From a virus, in the UHGV virus genome UHGV-0196225: a DNA stretch of 35,569 bases; one strand, given 5' to 3'. The first letter of the stretch is position 1. Every line of letters begins with the position of its first letter. Made by a program: the position numbers and the translations under genes. Under the pieces are notes generated by a model. The model was not told where the DNA came from. It saw only the letters and a list, made by a program, of their open reading frames with translations, and did no database searches. Shown piece by piece: positions 8,204 through 17,786 of the stretch.

Positions 8204-8299
8204 CTCCTTATGATAAATAATAGTATAACCTTATGAATAAAATAATGAAAATAAAACGTAAATAATACGCTAATTCAGCCTATCAAGGAGGTTTTATAA

Positions 8300-8518
8300 A
8301 TGTTAAACAAGAAAAATATTATGGGAATAATCCAAGATCATAAGGACAGTATCGAAGTTATTGAATCTGAGTTGCAACGTGCACATGATTTAAATTTGGA
8401 TATTCCAGAAGTAACACAGGCAGCACGAAATGAATTGTCTTACCTTTACGACAATAAAGCTCGTTATGAGATGCAGGCAAAGGCTTGGGGGCTAATTGAG
8501 GAGGAAACTAATGTTTAA
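8300..8518 (+). CDS. Hypothetical protein (72 aa)
   Basis: RBS AAGGAGGT. Confidence 0.4.
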   Translation: MLNKKNIMGIIQDHKDSIEVIESELQRAHDLNLDIPEVTQAARNELSYLYDNKARYEMQAKAWGLIEEETNV

Positions 8519-8646
8519 TTACGATGACTTTGCTAAATATATTGTAAAAATGCAAACGGCGCTTGAAAAACAAGGGCAAGGGAAACAGGAAGCATTTAAT
8601 AATGCATTGATGATTTGGACTTTTGCAAGTATTGCTGGGAATCAGA
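8509..8646 (+). CDS. Small hypothetical protein (45 aa)
   Basis: RBS GGAGGAGGAAA. ATG overlaps the upstream stop (TAATG). Below the ORF-track cutoff. Confidence 0.3.
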
Positions 8647-8729
8647 TGTAAAACAAAAAAGCACCAAGTCTTTGCTCGATGCCATCCGTGAACAATTAAA
8701 AGTCAATTAATTATAACACGGAGGCGGCT

Positions 8730-9305
8730 ATGTTTAAAAGAGATGAAGAGTTGATTTTAGAGTATAAAACCAGTTTGAAGAACTTGCGTGCGAGCCATCG
8801 TGCAATCGAAAAGAAGAAACTTACAATTGTTAAAAACGAACAGGGACTAGATGAAGTAACCGATGTTCGTACATCTATTGATATTGAAGACCAGAGCAGA
8901 ATTGCAGGTATGATCAGAGATTGCGAGTATACAATCTTTTGGCTTGAGCATGGATACGAGAAACCATATAGTGATGATGATTTTAGAAAACTATGTAAAT
9001 CAAAGCGAGAGAAACTATGGGCTAATATCGATCATGCTGTTAGCTATTATGGAGTATCAGTTACTACTGATGACAAGAAAGATAAAGAAAAAACTGAACA
9101 ACATGAACAACTATTAGAGGTTCTCTCTACCCTATCGCCAAGAGAGTTGGAATTATTCAAACTGAGGAACGAAGCATTGCTGACAGAGCGAGAATGTGCT
9201 GAGAAGATGGGAATATCTTTTGGGACAGTTAAGTCTATGTCACAGCGAATCAGGGATAAAATAGATGATTATTTTAATTATGGATTTCAAGTGAAATTAT
9301 TTTGA
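8730..9305 (+). CDS. ArpU-family late transcriptional regulator (sigma-70 region-4-like)
   Basis: RBS GGAGG. The C-terminal LSPRELELFKLRNEALLTERECAEKMGISFGTVKSMSQRIRDK is an HTH of the sigma region 4 / ArpU type. Position is just before the packaging and structural genes. Confidence 0.6.
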   Translation: MFKRDEELILEYKTSLKNLRASHRAIEKKKLTIVKNEQGLDEVTDVRTSIDIEDQSRIAGMIRDCEYTIFWLEHGYEKPYSDDDFRKLCKSKREKLWANIDHAVSYYGVSVTTDDKKDKEKTEQHEQLLEVLSTLSPRELELFKLRNEALLTERECAEKMGISFGTVKSMSQRIRDKIDDYFNYGFQVKLF

Positions 9306-9546
9306 AATCTTGTAACCCAAACGCGACTTATATATAGAGTGATCTAAAAATTATGAGCTACTCACAATAACTCATAAAAAAGAAGGAGGTGACCCAGCCC
9401 CTTCAGTCAATTGTTTTAGGCGGCACAATCAAAAAATATATGAGGAACGGAGTTGAAAAACTTCATTTCCATTTAAAGTTCATGTGCCGTCTTTATGTTG
9501 CTGTGGCGGAAAGGGTAACGCCTATCTCATTCTGAGGTACGACTTG

Positions 9547-9572
9547 TAAGGTTCAATTCCTTACCAGTGACA
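9547..9572 (+). other. tRNA-like T-arm/acceptor motif 1 (no full cloverleaf found)
   Basis: TAAGG-TTCAATT-CCTTA (perfect T-arm) followed by CCAGTGAC. No complementary 5' acceptor strand upstream. Confidence 0.35.
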
Positions 9573-9586
9573 TTGGAGCTAGTTCT

Positions 9587-9653
9587 AGGATAGTAGCCAA
9601 ACGGTAAGGCGGCTCGGCGGAGTGACTTGCAGGTTCGAATCCTGTCTATCCAT
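9587..9653 (+). other. tRNA-like element 2
   Basis: AGGATAG...GCC-AAACGGTAA-GGC (D-arm-like)...GCAGG-TTCGAAT-CCTGT-CTATCCA. The acceptor pairs in 6 of 7 positions. The anticodon arm and variable region do not fit a canonical tRNA. Possible tRNA pseudogene or att scar. Confidence 0.35.
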
Positions 9654-9721
9654 TAACATTAAGTGGCGGCCCCTGTAATACATGACATAATACACCGCCA
9701 GCATATGAAAGGAGACTCCCC

Positions 9722-10072
9722 GTGGCCCTCAGAGCTGACAAGCAAGGTAAACATCGTGTTGCTTATGAAAAGAATAAAAAAAGAATACTCAAGACTCAAA
9801 ACGTTTGTGGCATCTGTGGCAAGCCAGTTAACAAGAAGTTGAAGTCGCCTGATCCAATGTCACCAGTTATTGACCATGTGATTCCAGTATCAAAGGGTGG
9901 TCATCCATCAGCGATAGAGAATCTACAGCTTGCACACTGGACATGCAACAGGCAGAAGTCAGACAAGATGTTTAATAATCAACAAAACAATCAGCAGGAA
10001 AAGAAGGTAATAGGTAATAGGAACCTTCCTCAAAGTATTAATTGGGGTTTGTATAGTTCAACAAAAAAATAA
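9722..10072 (+). CDS. HNH endonuclease (116 aa)
   Basis: CGICGK...DHVIPVSKGGHPSAIENLQLAHWTCNRQKSDK (HNH and zinc-finger motifs). GTG start with RBS AAAGGAGA. Position suggests packaging-associated (cos-type) HNH. Confidence 0.75.
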   Translation: MALRADKQGKHRVAYEKNKKRILKTQNVCGICGKPVNKKLKSPDPMSPVIDHVIPVSKGGHPSAIENLQLAHWTCNRQKSDKMFNNQQNNQQEKKVIGNRNLPQSINWGLYSSTKK

Positions 10073-10210
10073 GAATAAAAGTTTTGGAAAATAAAAAAGA
10101 AGTAATCGCAAGAGAAATATAGGGGGGATACCTCCCCCGACCGGTTGGCAGCCGACCTTCACGCAGTCACTGTACATTTTTTCTCGCGCGACATCCAAGG
10201 AGCTGACTAA

Positions 10211-11452
10211 ATGGGAATGCAAGGAATGGAATACTTAAAGAAAAAGCTGAGTTCGCGCCGTTCGCGAGTGAATATGCGTTATGAACATTACTCGATGAAA
10301 AATAGGGAATATGAAATTGGATTTACCATTCCAAAAAAAATAAGGGATCAATACAAAGCAGTTTTGGGGTGGTCAGCAAAAACAGTTGATAGCCTTGCAG
10401 ATCGATTAATATTTCGTGAGTTCGCAAATGACAATTTTGATGTAAATGAAATATTTAGGGCTAATAATCCCGATGTATTCTTCGATAGCGCGGTGTTGTC
10501 AGCCTTGATAGCATCGTGTTCTTTTGTTTATATTTCAAACGGAGAGGACGAAATACCACGGTTACAAGTTATTGAAGCGAGCAATGCGACTGGTGTGATT
10601 GATGAAACTACAGGCTTGCTTAAGGAAGGGTACGCTGTACTTGAACGAGATGAAAACAACAAACCTTCAGTTGAAGCATACTTCACCGGAGATCAAACAA
10701 CCTTTTATTATGCGGATAAGAATGTTGAGAACTTCTCCCTTGATAATCCGACAGGTCATCCGTTGTTAGTTCCGATTATTCATCGACCGGATGCCGTGCG
10801 GCCTTTTGGACGTTCAAGAATTACACGAGCCGGTATGTATTGGCAAAGAAATGCAAAAAGAACACTGGTGCGTGCAGACGTGACGGCTGAGTTCTATTCT
10901 TTCCCACAAAAGTATGTTGTTGGTACTGATCCTGATTCAGAGCCGTTAGATAGTTGGAAAGCAACGGTTTCTGCAATGCTTGAATTCACAAAAGGTGAAG
11001 ATGGAGAAAAGCCAACTCTTGGCCAGTTCACAACATCAAGCATGACACCGTTCACCGAGCAACTTAAAACTGCTGCAGCTGGATTTGCCGGCGAAAGTGG
11101 TTTAACATTGGATGATTTAGGGTTTGCCTCAGACAACCCATCGAGTGTAGAAGCAATAAAAGCTAGTCACGAGAATTTGAGACTTGCCGGAAGAAAAGCG
11201 CAACGTTGTTTTGGATCAGGCTTTTTGAATGTGGCATATTTAGCAGCATGTTTAAGAGATGATTTCCCATACATGCGAAGTCAGTTCATGACTACCGAAC
11301 CAAAATGGGAGCCGCTATTTGAGGCAGATATGTCTACGCTAGGATTAATTGGTGACGGAGTGCAAAAAATAAACACGGCAATTCCTGAATACATCAACGG
11401 TGAAACTATTCGTGATCTGACAGGGATTAAAGGAGCGAATGACAATGGATGA
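10211..11452 (+). CDS. Portal protein (SPP1 gp6-like family)
   Basis: RBS AAGGAG. Size 413 aa. Immediately precedes the gp7-family minor head protein. Family assignment by recollection, not search. Confidence 0.5.
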   Translation: MGMQGMEYLKKKLSSRRSRVNMRYEHYSMKNREYEIGFTIPKKIRDQYKAVLGWSAKTVDSLADRLIFREFANDNFDVNEIFRANNPDVFFDSAVLSALIASCSFVYISNGEDEIPRLQVIEASNATGVIDETTGLLKEGYAVLERDENNKPSVEAYFTGDQTTFYYADKNVENFSLDNPTGHPLLVPIIHRPDAVRPFGRSRITRAGMYWQRNAKRTLVRADVTAEFYSFPQKYVVGTDPDSEPLDSWKATVSAMLEFTKGEDGEKPTLGQFTTSSMTPFTEQLKTAAAGFAGESGLTLDDLGFASDNPSSVEAIKASHENLRLAGRKAQRCFGSGFLNVAYLAACLRDDFPYMRSQFMTTEPKWEPLFEADMSTLGLIGDGVQKINTAIPEYINGETIRDLTGIKGANDNG

Positions 11453-13058
11453 TATTGTTCCAGGACTCCTTGAATCCATTCAACATCAATTTGACGAACG
11501 AACAAAAAAGAGCGCTAAACTGAAGAATGCTGCAATCGCATTGAAGAAGAAAGAAGCAACCTATTTAGATGCGAATGGTTTTGCAATTGAACTTGGTGAA
11601 ATATTAGCCTCTATTTACGCAAAGAACCTGACCAAAAAAGTATTGCCAGACGGCAAGATGTACTACAACATTGCTGAGCGAATTATTCAACCAACGATGA
11701 AAAACAACTACGATCTTGTTTCCGGTTATGCAGGCGATGTTCAAAAACAATTGAATCAAGCCGCAGGGTTATACTTGAAAACTCAAATCCCTGATATGAA
11801 TCAGGATCGAATCAATGGGATTATCAATCGAATATCAAGCGAGCCTGATTTCGATAAAATTAAGTGGATGCTTGATGAACCGATAGTAAATTTTAGTCAA
11901 AGTATTGTCGATGATTCCATAAAAAAGAATGCAGATTTTCAGTCAAGAAGTGGTTTGCGCCCTAAAATCATTCGCCGCGTTTCTGGTCATGCATGTAAAT
12001 GGTGTCAAAGTCTAGCAGGATCATACGATTACCGTAGTGCTCCCGATGATATTTATAGACGACATGAGCGATGTCGTTGCACTGTTGAATACGACCCAGG
12101 AGATGGCAGACGGCAAAATATTTGGTCCAAAATTTGGAGACGGCCTGATAAAGATGATAAAATAGAGTTGAGAAAGAAAGCGGGTGTCGATAAAGACAAA
12201 GAGCTTTCTAAGAGAGCAAGAGCTGCACTCAACAAAACAAACATGCAAACGCAGGTCGGTAAAGATTATTACAGCCAATTCATTAATCACTTAGACAGTC
12301 TTGATAATCCAAGAGTGAAAGAAATGTTTGCTACTATGGCCGATCGACTAGACTTCATGAAGATTAAGGATGTACGTGCATACGCAAGTGGAAGCAGTGT
12401 TCAATTAAGCAAAGCCAGTTTTGTTGGTTCTTCATATCAAAAGCCGTTTCAAACCGTATACCATGAATTAGGGCACGCATTCGATACATTGGGAACGAAA
12501 GTTTTAACGGATAGTACGACTTACTCTACAGGACAAACTAAAAGAATGAAAATTCTTGGTCAAATGATGGATGTCGAAATCAAATCAACTCATGCTTCTG
12601 GAATACCGAGCTATTCGCTAAAAGAGGCAATAGATAATGATGTATGGCAGTTTATCAATGGTGATCTACCAACACTTGAAAGCCTTGGGAAAAGGCCAAG
12701 AAAAAAGGCCGAAAAGGAAGCTTGGGATAGAGAATACAGTCGAATACATGATCAATGGCAAAAGAACAAGAAAGCATTTTTAGATGATTATAAAAAGTTG
12801 GCCAAAGAGGATTTAGCTACCTATGGGGCGTTGTCTGATATGCTTGAATCAACCGGATACTTTGAGAGTTATCCTCTCGGAGTTGGCCACGGGTCAAAGT
12901 ATTGGAAAGACTACGGGAAAGCTGAAACAGAGTTTTTTGCTCACATGACAGAGTTAGCAGCAAACAATGAATCTGCAAAAATTATGAATGAAGTTTTTCC
13001 AAATGCAGCGAAGATTTGGGAGAATTTGGTAGACGACATCTTAAGGAAGGTGAAATAA
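11439..13058 (+). CDS. Minor head / head morphogenesis protein (SPP1 gp7 / Mu F-like)
   Basis: 539 aa. Overlaps the portal stop. Cys cluster CKWCQS...RCRC. Start may be the ATG at 11445. Confidence 0.5.
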   Translation: MTMDDIVPGLLESIQHQFDERTKKSAKLKNAAIALKKKEATYLDANGFAIELGEILASIYAKNLTKKVLPDGKMYYNIAERIIQPTMKNNYDLVSGYAGDVQKQLNQAAGLYLKTQIPDMNQDRINGIINRISSEPDFDKIKWMLDEPIVNFSQSIVDDSIKKNADFQSRSGLRPKIIRRVSGHACKWCQSLAGSYDYRSAPDDIYRRHERCRCTVEYDPGDGRRQNIWSKIWRRPDKDDKIELRKKAGVDKDKELSKRARAALNKTNMQTQVGKDYYSQFINHLDSLDNPRVKEMFATMADRLDFMKIKDVRAYASGSSVQLSKASFVGSSYQKPFQTVYHELGHAFDTLGTKVLTDSTTYSTGQTKRMKILGQMMDVEIKSTHASGIPSYSLKEAIDNDVWQFINGDLPTLESLGKRPRKKAEKEAWDREYSRIHDQWQKNKKAFLDDYKKLAKEDLATYGALSDMLESTGYFESYPLGVGHGSKYWKDYGKAETEFFAHMTELAANNESAKIMNEVFPNAAKIWENLVDDILRKVK

Positions 13059-13059
13059 A

Positions 13060-13290
13060 ATGTTCAGTGCAGAAGACGGAGCAATGGCACTCATTGAACC
13101 AGCTGTAGAAAAGTATGAATTACATTTCGGCAATACATTTCCGTTGTATGAATACATCGAGATGACTCAATCTGAAGGTTGGGATTTTTCAGTCGAAGGC
13201 GGAAAGAAACTAATCGCATTTATCGAGGAAAGAATTAAAAATGATGATCCAGTAGAGGTTCCAGCTGACTATGAGGATCGGACCTATTAA
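13060..13290 (+). CDS. Hypothetical acidic protein (76 aa)
   Basis: Starts 1 nt after the upstream stop. Confidence 0.35.
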   Translation: MFSAEDGAMALIEPAVEKYELHFGNTFPLYEYIEMTQSEGWDFSVEGGKKLIAFIEERIKNDDPVEVPADYEDRTY

Positions 13291-13457
13291 GTAGTACTCA
13301 ATGAAAAATGTTGGGTGCTATTTTTGTGCCTAAAAGGAGCGGTTTTTATGCCAAAACAGAATAAGTATTCTATCCCGATGACTTTAAGGCAGATTGTCGG
13401 GCTTTTTGTGTTGCCAAGAGAACGACTGCCAGATAAACCGAAGGAGGACAAGAAAAA

Positions 13458-13661
13458 GTGATTGTGTTCAAAGTCTCATTTAGTCAAGCGTGGGGGCGAT
13501 GGCGTGATTTTACGTTTGTTACCTGTAGAAGTGCAAGCGAAGCGATCACCAAGGCGCTAGAAGAAATCAACGTACCTGAAAAGATGAACGACAAAGTGAT
13601 TATAACCGTTTCTGTTGAAGGTCAGGTAGGGAAAAAGAAGAAAAGAGGAAAAAATAAATGA
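13458..13661 (+). CDS. Hypothetical protein (67 aa), GTG start
   Basis: RBS AAGGAGGA. Lys-rich tail. Confidence 0.35.
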   Translation: MIVFKVSFSQAWGRWRDFTFVTCRSASEAITKALEEINVPEKMNDKVIITVSVEGQVGKKKKRGKNK

Positions 13662-13843
13662 ATGAAGGGACAACACTCGTAATTTGGACACCTGAAGGAA
13701 AAACCTTATATTTTGAAAATGTTCAGAACATCGTAAACGGTGACGCTGAATTAACTTTTGAATATTTTGGTGTCAGCACTCAAGTAAAACGATCGGCTGT
13801 CTTCAATCAAATTAATATTGCTGGTTTCGCTTTTGGGATTTAG
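13658..13843 (+). CDS. Hypothetical protein (61 aa)
   Basis: Overlaps the upstream stop (ATGA). Confidence 0.35.
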   Translation: MNEGTTLVIWTPEGKTLYFENVQNIVNGDAELTFEYFGVSTQVKRSAVFNQINIAGFAFGI

Positions 13844-13895
13844 TTTTTCCCAGCGATAGGGTTATCATGCATCAAATGATTGAAGGGGGATCAAT

Positions 13896-15305
13896 ATGAC
13901 TACTAAAGTAAGACTTGGTAATCAGCATCCTACTCAATCGGTAATATTGCCATATGACAAAACCATGTCTCAACGAGCGATTGACCGTTATCAACGAACA
14001 GGCCGTAAGTGTTACGAATGGCAAGGAAATATGCTGAATCCGATGATGTCTATAGATAACGATGGATTATGGATTCATCAAAAGTTCGGTTTTTCCATAC
14101 CTCGTAGGAATGGTAAAACAGAAATTGTGTATATAGTCGAGTTAGATGCATTAGAAGAAGGACTCAGCATATTACACACTGCTCATAGAATCAGTACGTC
14201 TCATTCTTCATTCGAACAAGTGAAAAAACTTCTTGAAGATTCTGGTTACATTGAGGGCGAGGATTTCAATTCAATTAAGGCAAAAGGGCAAGAGCGATTA
14301 GAACTGTATAAAAGCGGCGGCGTCATTCAATTTCGTACAAGAACTTCCAGCGGTGGTCTTGGTGAAGGATTTGATCTACTCATAGTCGATGAAGCGCAAG
14401 AGTATACGACTGAACAAGAGTCCGCCTTAAAATATACGGTATCTGATAGTGATAACCCGATGACAATAATGTGTGGAACGCCGCCGACACCTGTTTCTAG
14501 CGGCACGGTGTTTACTCATTATCGCGATAAGGTTCTGTTTGGCAAATCAAAGTATTCAGGCTGGGCGGAATGGTCTGTTGATGAAATGAAAGACATTCAT
14601 GATGTTGAAGCATGGTACAACTCAAATCCATCAATGGGCTATCACTTGAACGAACGAAAAATTGAAGCAGAACTGGGAGAAGATGAATTGGACCATAACG
14701 TCCAACGTCTAGGATATTGGCCGAAGTACAATCAAAAGTCTGCAATTTCCGCAACAGAATGGGAAGGTTTGAAAGTCAGTCGTTTACCTGTTTTCAAAGG
14801 CCCTTTATTTGTAGGTATCAAGTATGGCAATGATGGTGCAAATGTTGCAATGAGCATAGCTGTTCGAACTTTATCAGGAAAAGTGTTTGTTGAAACAATC
14901 GATTGTCAATCAGTTAGAAATGGTAATCAGTGGATCATTAATTTTCTAAAGAATGCTGATGTAGCTGCAGTAACGATTGATGGTCAAAGCGGTCAAAGTA
15001 TCTTAGTGAAGGAAATGAAAGACTTTAGGCTTAAAAGTCCAATTTTGCCAAAGGTATCAGAAATCATTAATGCAAACTCTTCATGGGAACAAGGTATTTT
15101 CCAGAAAACCATTTGTCACAATGATCAACCTTCATTAACTACTGTTGCAACCAATTGTGAAAAACGAAATATTGGTTCAAGCGGTGGATTTGGGTACAAA
15201 TCGCAATTCGATGATATGGATATAAGTCTAATGGATAGCGCGCTTCTAGCGCATTGGGCTTGCGTTAATAAGAAGCCTAAATCAAAACAACAAATCAGGT
15301 ATTAA
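13896..15305 (+). CDS. terL: Terminase large subunit
   Basis: Walker A FSIPRRNGKTE, Walker B DLLIVDEAQE, and a C-terminal nuclease-like region. RBS GAAGGGGGA. Confidence 0.85.
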   Translation: MTTKVRLGNQHPTQSVILPYDKTMSQRAIDRYQRTGRKCYEWQGNMLNPMMSIDNDGLWIHQKFGFSIPRRNGKTEIVYIVELDALEEGLSILHTAHRISTSHSSFEQVKKLLEDSGYIEGEDFNSIKAKGQERLELYKSGGVIQFRTRTSSGGLGEGFDLLIVDEAQEYTTEQESALKYTVSDSDNPMTIMCGTPPTPVSSGTVFTHYRDKVLFGKSKYSGWAEWSVDEMKDIHDVEAWYNSNPSMGYHLNERKIEAELGEDELDHNVQRLGYWPKYNQKSAISATEWEGLKVSRLPVFKGPLFVGIKYGNDGANVAMSIAVRTLSGKVFVETIDCQSVRNGNQWIINFLKNADVAAVTIDGQSGQSILVKEMKDFRLKSPILPKVSEIINANSSWEQGIFQKTICHNDQPSLTTVATNCEKRNIGSSGGFGYKSQFDDMDISLMDSALLAHWACVNKKPKSKQQIRY

Positions 15306-15382
15306 GCGACTTTTTTGGAAGTCGTTTTTTTAATACACAAAATTACCGAACTGCCGGGCAAGCAGGAGAAAGGACGTTTAAC

Positions 15383-15859
15383 ATGTCAGATTTTAAAGTA
15401 ATTGAAACGCAGCAAGAGTTGGACCAAATTATTCGGGAGCGCTTAGATCGTCAAAAAGAGTCCTTGGAAAAGCAATTTGGTGATTATGACCAGCTCAAAA
15501 CTCGTAATGAGGAACTAGAAAATGAAGTTGGTGCATTGAAGACAGCTGCAGAAGAATCAAAAAATGCTGCTTCACAATATGATCAAACAATTGCGGAATT
15601 GAATGCAAAAGTGACTAGCTACGAAACGGCTAACTTAAGAACACGAATTGCCATTCAAAATGGATTGCCACTTGATCTTGCCGACCGTTTAGTTGGTGAG
15701 GATGAGGATAGTTTGAAAGCTGATGCAGAGCGTCTTTCTGGATTTGTTAAATCTCAGAAACCAGTACCACCTTTAAAAGATACTGAACCGCCATTAGGTG
15801 ACGAAAAAGATGAACCATATAAAAAATTAATCGAAGGATTAAATAAAGAGGGAGAATAA
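15383..15859 (+). CDS. Scaffolding protein
   Basis: Coiled-coil, acidic, 158 aa, directly upstream of the major capsid gene. Confidence 0.5.
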   Translation: MSDFKVIETQQELDQIIRERLDRQKESLEKQFGDYDQLKTRNEELENEVGALKTAAEESKNAASQYDQTIAELNAKVTSYETANLRTRIAIQNGLPLDLADRLVGEDEDSLKADAERLSGFVKSQKPVPPLKDTEPPLGDEKDEPYKKLIEGLNKEGE

Positions 15860-15863
15860 CAAT

Positions 15864-16766
15864 ATGACAACATTATCAAGAGGTAGTTTATTTGAACCGG
15901 AATTAGTAACAGACTTAATTAACAAGGTAAAAGGCAAAAGCTCATTAGCTATTCTTTCGCAACAAGAGGCGATTCCATTTGATGGACAAACAGAGTTTGT
16001 TTTCACGATGGATTCTGAAATTGATATTGTAGCTGAAAACGGAAAGAAATCACACGGCGGCATTTCTTTAGAGCCAGTTAAAATGGTGCCTATCAAAGTT
16101 GAGTATGGCGCGCGTGTTTCTGACGAGTTCATGTACTCGTCTGATGAAAAGAAAATTGACGTGATCAAAGGATTTAACGAAGGATATGCCAAAAAGCTTG
16201 CTCGTGGTATTGATTTAATGGCTTTTCACGGGATTAACCCACGTACTGGTGCAGCGTCTACAGTCATTGGCGACAAACATTTCGACAGCAAGGTAACTCA
16301 AACAGTTACTTTTTCTCCAACTGATCCAGATGCAAACATCGAAGCGGCTGTCGCATTGATTCAAGGTGAAGAAGGCATTGTGACTGGTCTAGCGGCAGAT
16401 ACACAATTTTCGGCAGCATTAGCAGCAATGCGCACAGGTGGAGACACAAATATTCGCTTGTTTCCTGAACTTGCTTGGGGAGCTAATCCAGGTTCTATCA
16501 ATGGTCTAAAAGCTGATATTAATAATACGGTGTCAGGTGGTTCTAATGACGTGGCCATCATTGGAGATTTCGCAAATTACTTCCAATGGGGCTTTGCGAA
16601 AGAGATTCCATTAGAAGTTATCGAATATGGTGATCCAGACAACTCAGGTAATGACTTGAAAGGATACAATCAAGTTTATCTACGTTCTGAAACATTCTTA
16701 GGATGGGGCATCATGGACGCTAACAGCTTTGCTCGTATTGTTAAAACTACCGGAGGTGGCGAATAG
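15864..16766 (+). CDS. Major capsid protein (HK97-fold)
   Basis: 300 aa, after the scaffold gene. RBS GAGGGAG. Confidence 0.65.
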   Translation: MTTLSRGSLFEPELVTDLINKVKGKSSLAILSQQEAIPFDGQTEFVFTMDSEIDIVAENGKKSHGGISLEPVKMVPIKVEYGARVSDEFMYSSDEKKIDVIKGFNEGYAKKLARGIDLMAFHGINPRTGAASTVIGDKHFDSKVTQTVTFSPTDPDANIEAAVALIQGEEGIVTGLAADTQFSAALAAMRTGGDTNIRLFPELAWGANPGSINGLKADINNTVSGGSNDVAIIGDFANYFQWGFAKEIPLEVIEYGDPDNSGNDLKGYNQVYLRSETFLGWGIMDANSFARIVKTTGGGE

Positions 16767-16767
16767 C

Positions 16768-17061
16768 ATGAATTACAAAAATACTAGAACAGGCGTGGTC
16801 ATTTCCACGCCTTGTGTTGTTAGCGGCGGAAACTGGAAGTTAATTGATGAAGAACAAGAACAGGTTAATGATACTCAAGAAATTGAAGAAACAACACCAG
16901 ACAATGAACCTGAACAAGAAGATGCGGCAAACGCTGTATCTGATGATTTAGCAGATGTCACTAAAAAAGATATTATGCAGGAACTAGATGCAATGAAAAT
17001 CAAGTATGATCCTCGTGCTAAAAAACAAGAACTGTATGATTTGATGATGCAAGGGGAGTGA
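16768..17061 (+). CDS. Head-associated protein with C-terminal Rho-N/HeH-like motif
   Basis: Acidic linker, then KKDIMQELDAMKIKYDPRAKKQELYDLM. Confidence 0.4.
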   Translation: MNYKNTRTGVVISTPCVVSGGNWKLIDEEQEQVNDTQEIEETTPDNEPEQEDAANAVSDDLADVTKKDIMQELDAMKIKYDPRAKKQELYDLMMQGE

Positions 17062-17065
17062 TTAA

Positions 17066-17485
17066 ATGCAACCATTCGCAACGATTACTGATTTAAGTAA
17101 CTTATGGCGCACTCTTAAGATGGATGAAGTGGATCGCGCAGAGTCCTTACTTGAGGTCGTTTCTGATTCGTTGAGAGAGGAAGCACACAAAGTCGGCAAA
17201 GACCTAGACGCGATGATAAAGGAACGTCCATCTTACGCGACTGTCGTTAAGTCTGTAGTGGTCGATGTGGTTGCTCGTACACTTATGACCTCAACTGATC
17301 AGGAGCCAATGACGCAGTTCTCAGAGGGCGCAATGGGCTACAGCGTTTCAGGCTCCTATCTTGTTCCAGGCGGAGGCTTGTTCATCAAAGATACAGAGCT
17401 TAAACGTTTAGGCTTACGCCGTCAAAGAATGGGAGTGATTGAACCTTATGGTCAAATTGAAAGGCATAACAATTATCCTTGTTGA
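17066..17485 (+). CDS. Head-tail connector (gp6-like DNA-packaging/connector family)
   Basis: N-terminal ATITDLSNLWRTL...RAESLL is typical of phage gp6-like connectors. Confidence 0.55.
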   Translation: MQPFATITDLSNLWRTLKMDEVDRAESLLEVVSDSLREEAHKVGKDLDAMIKERPSYATVVKSVVVDVVARTLMTSTDQEPMTQFSEGAMGYSVSGSYLVPGGGLFIKDTELKRLGLRRQRMGVIEPYGQIERHNNYPC

Positions 17486-17786
17486 TAAAGTAGAGATTGG
17501 AAGAGACCCATTTGATAAACCCATTTATGAAGATAAGGATATTGAAGTTGAAAATGTCTTGATTCAACCGACATCCACTGATGATGTCGTAAATCAAATG
17601 AATTTGACAGGAAAGAAAGCCGTGTACACGTTAGCTATTCCAAAAAGCGACTCTCACGATTGGGAAAATAAAGAAGTGAAATTCTTTTGTAAACGTTGGC
17701 GAACTGTCGGTTTTCCAACTGAAGGGATTGAGGACTTAATCCCGCTTGATTGGAATAAGAAAGTGATGGTGGAACGTTATGGCTAA
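17439..17786 (+). CDS. Head closure / head-tail adaptor protein
   Basis: Position and size (115 aa) within the connector genes. Confidence 0.45.
   Translation: MNLMVKLKGITIILVDKVEIGRDPFDKPIYEDKDIEVENVLIQPTSTDDVVNQMNLTGKKAVYTLAIPKSDSHDWENKEVKFFCKRWRTVGFPTEGIEDLIPLDWNKKVMVERYG

Noticed and set aside
9480-9660. Two GGTTCnAnTCC T-loop motifs suggesting phage tRNA genes
   Set aside because: Manual cloverleaf fitting failed for both: no 5' acceptor strand for the first, no anticodon arm or variable region for the second. Kept only as low-confidence tRNA-like elements pending tRNAscan-SE or ARAGORN.
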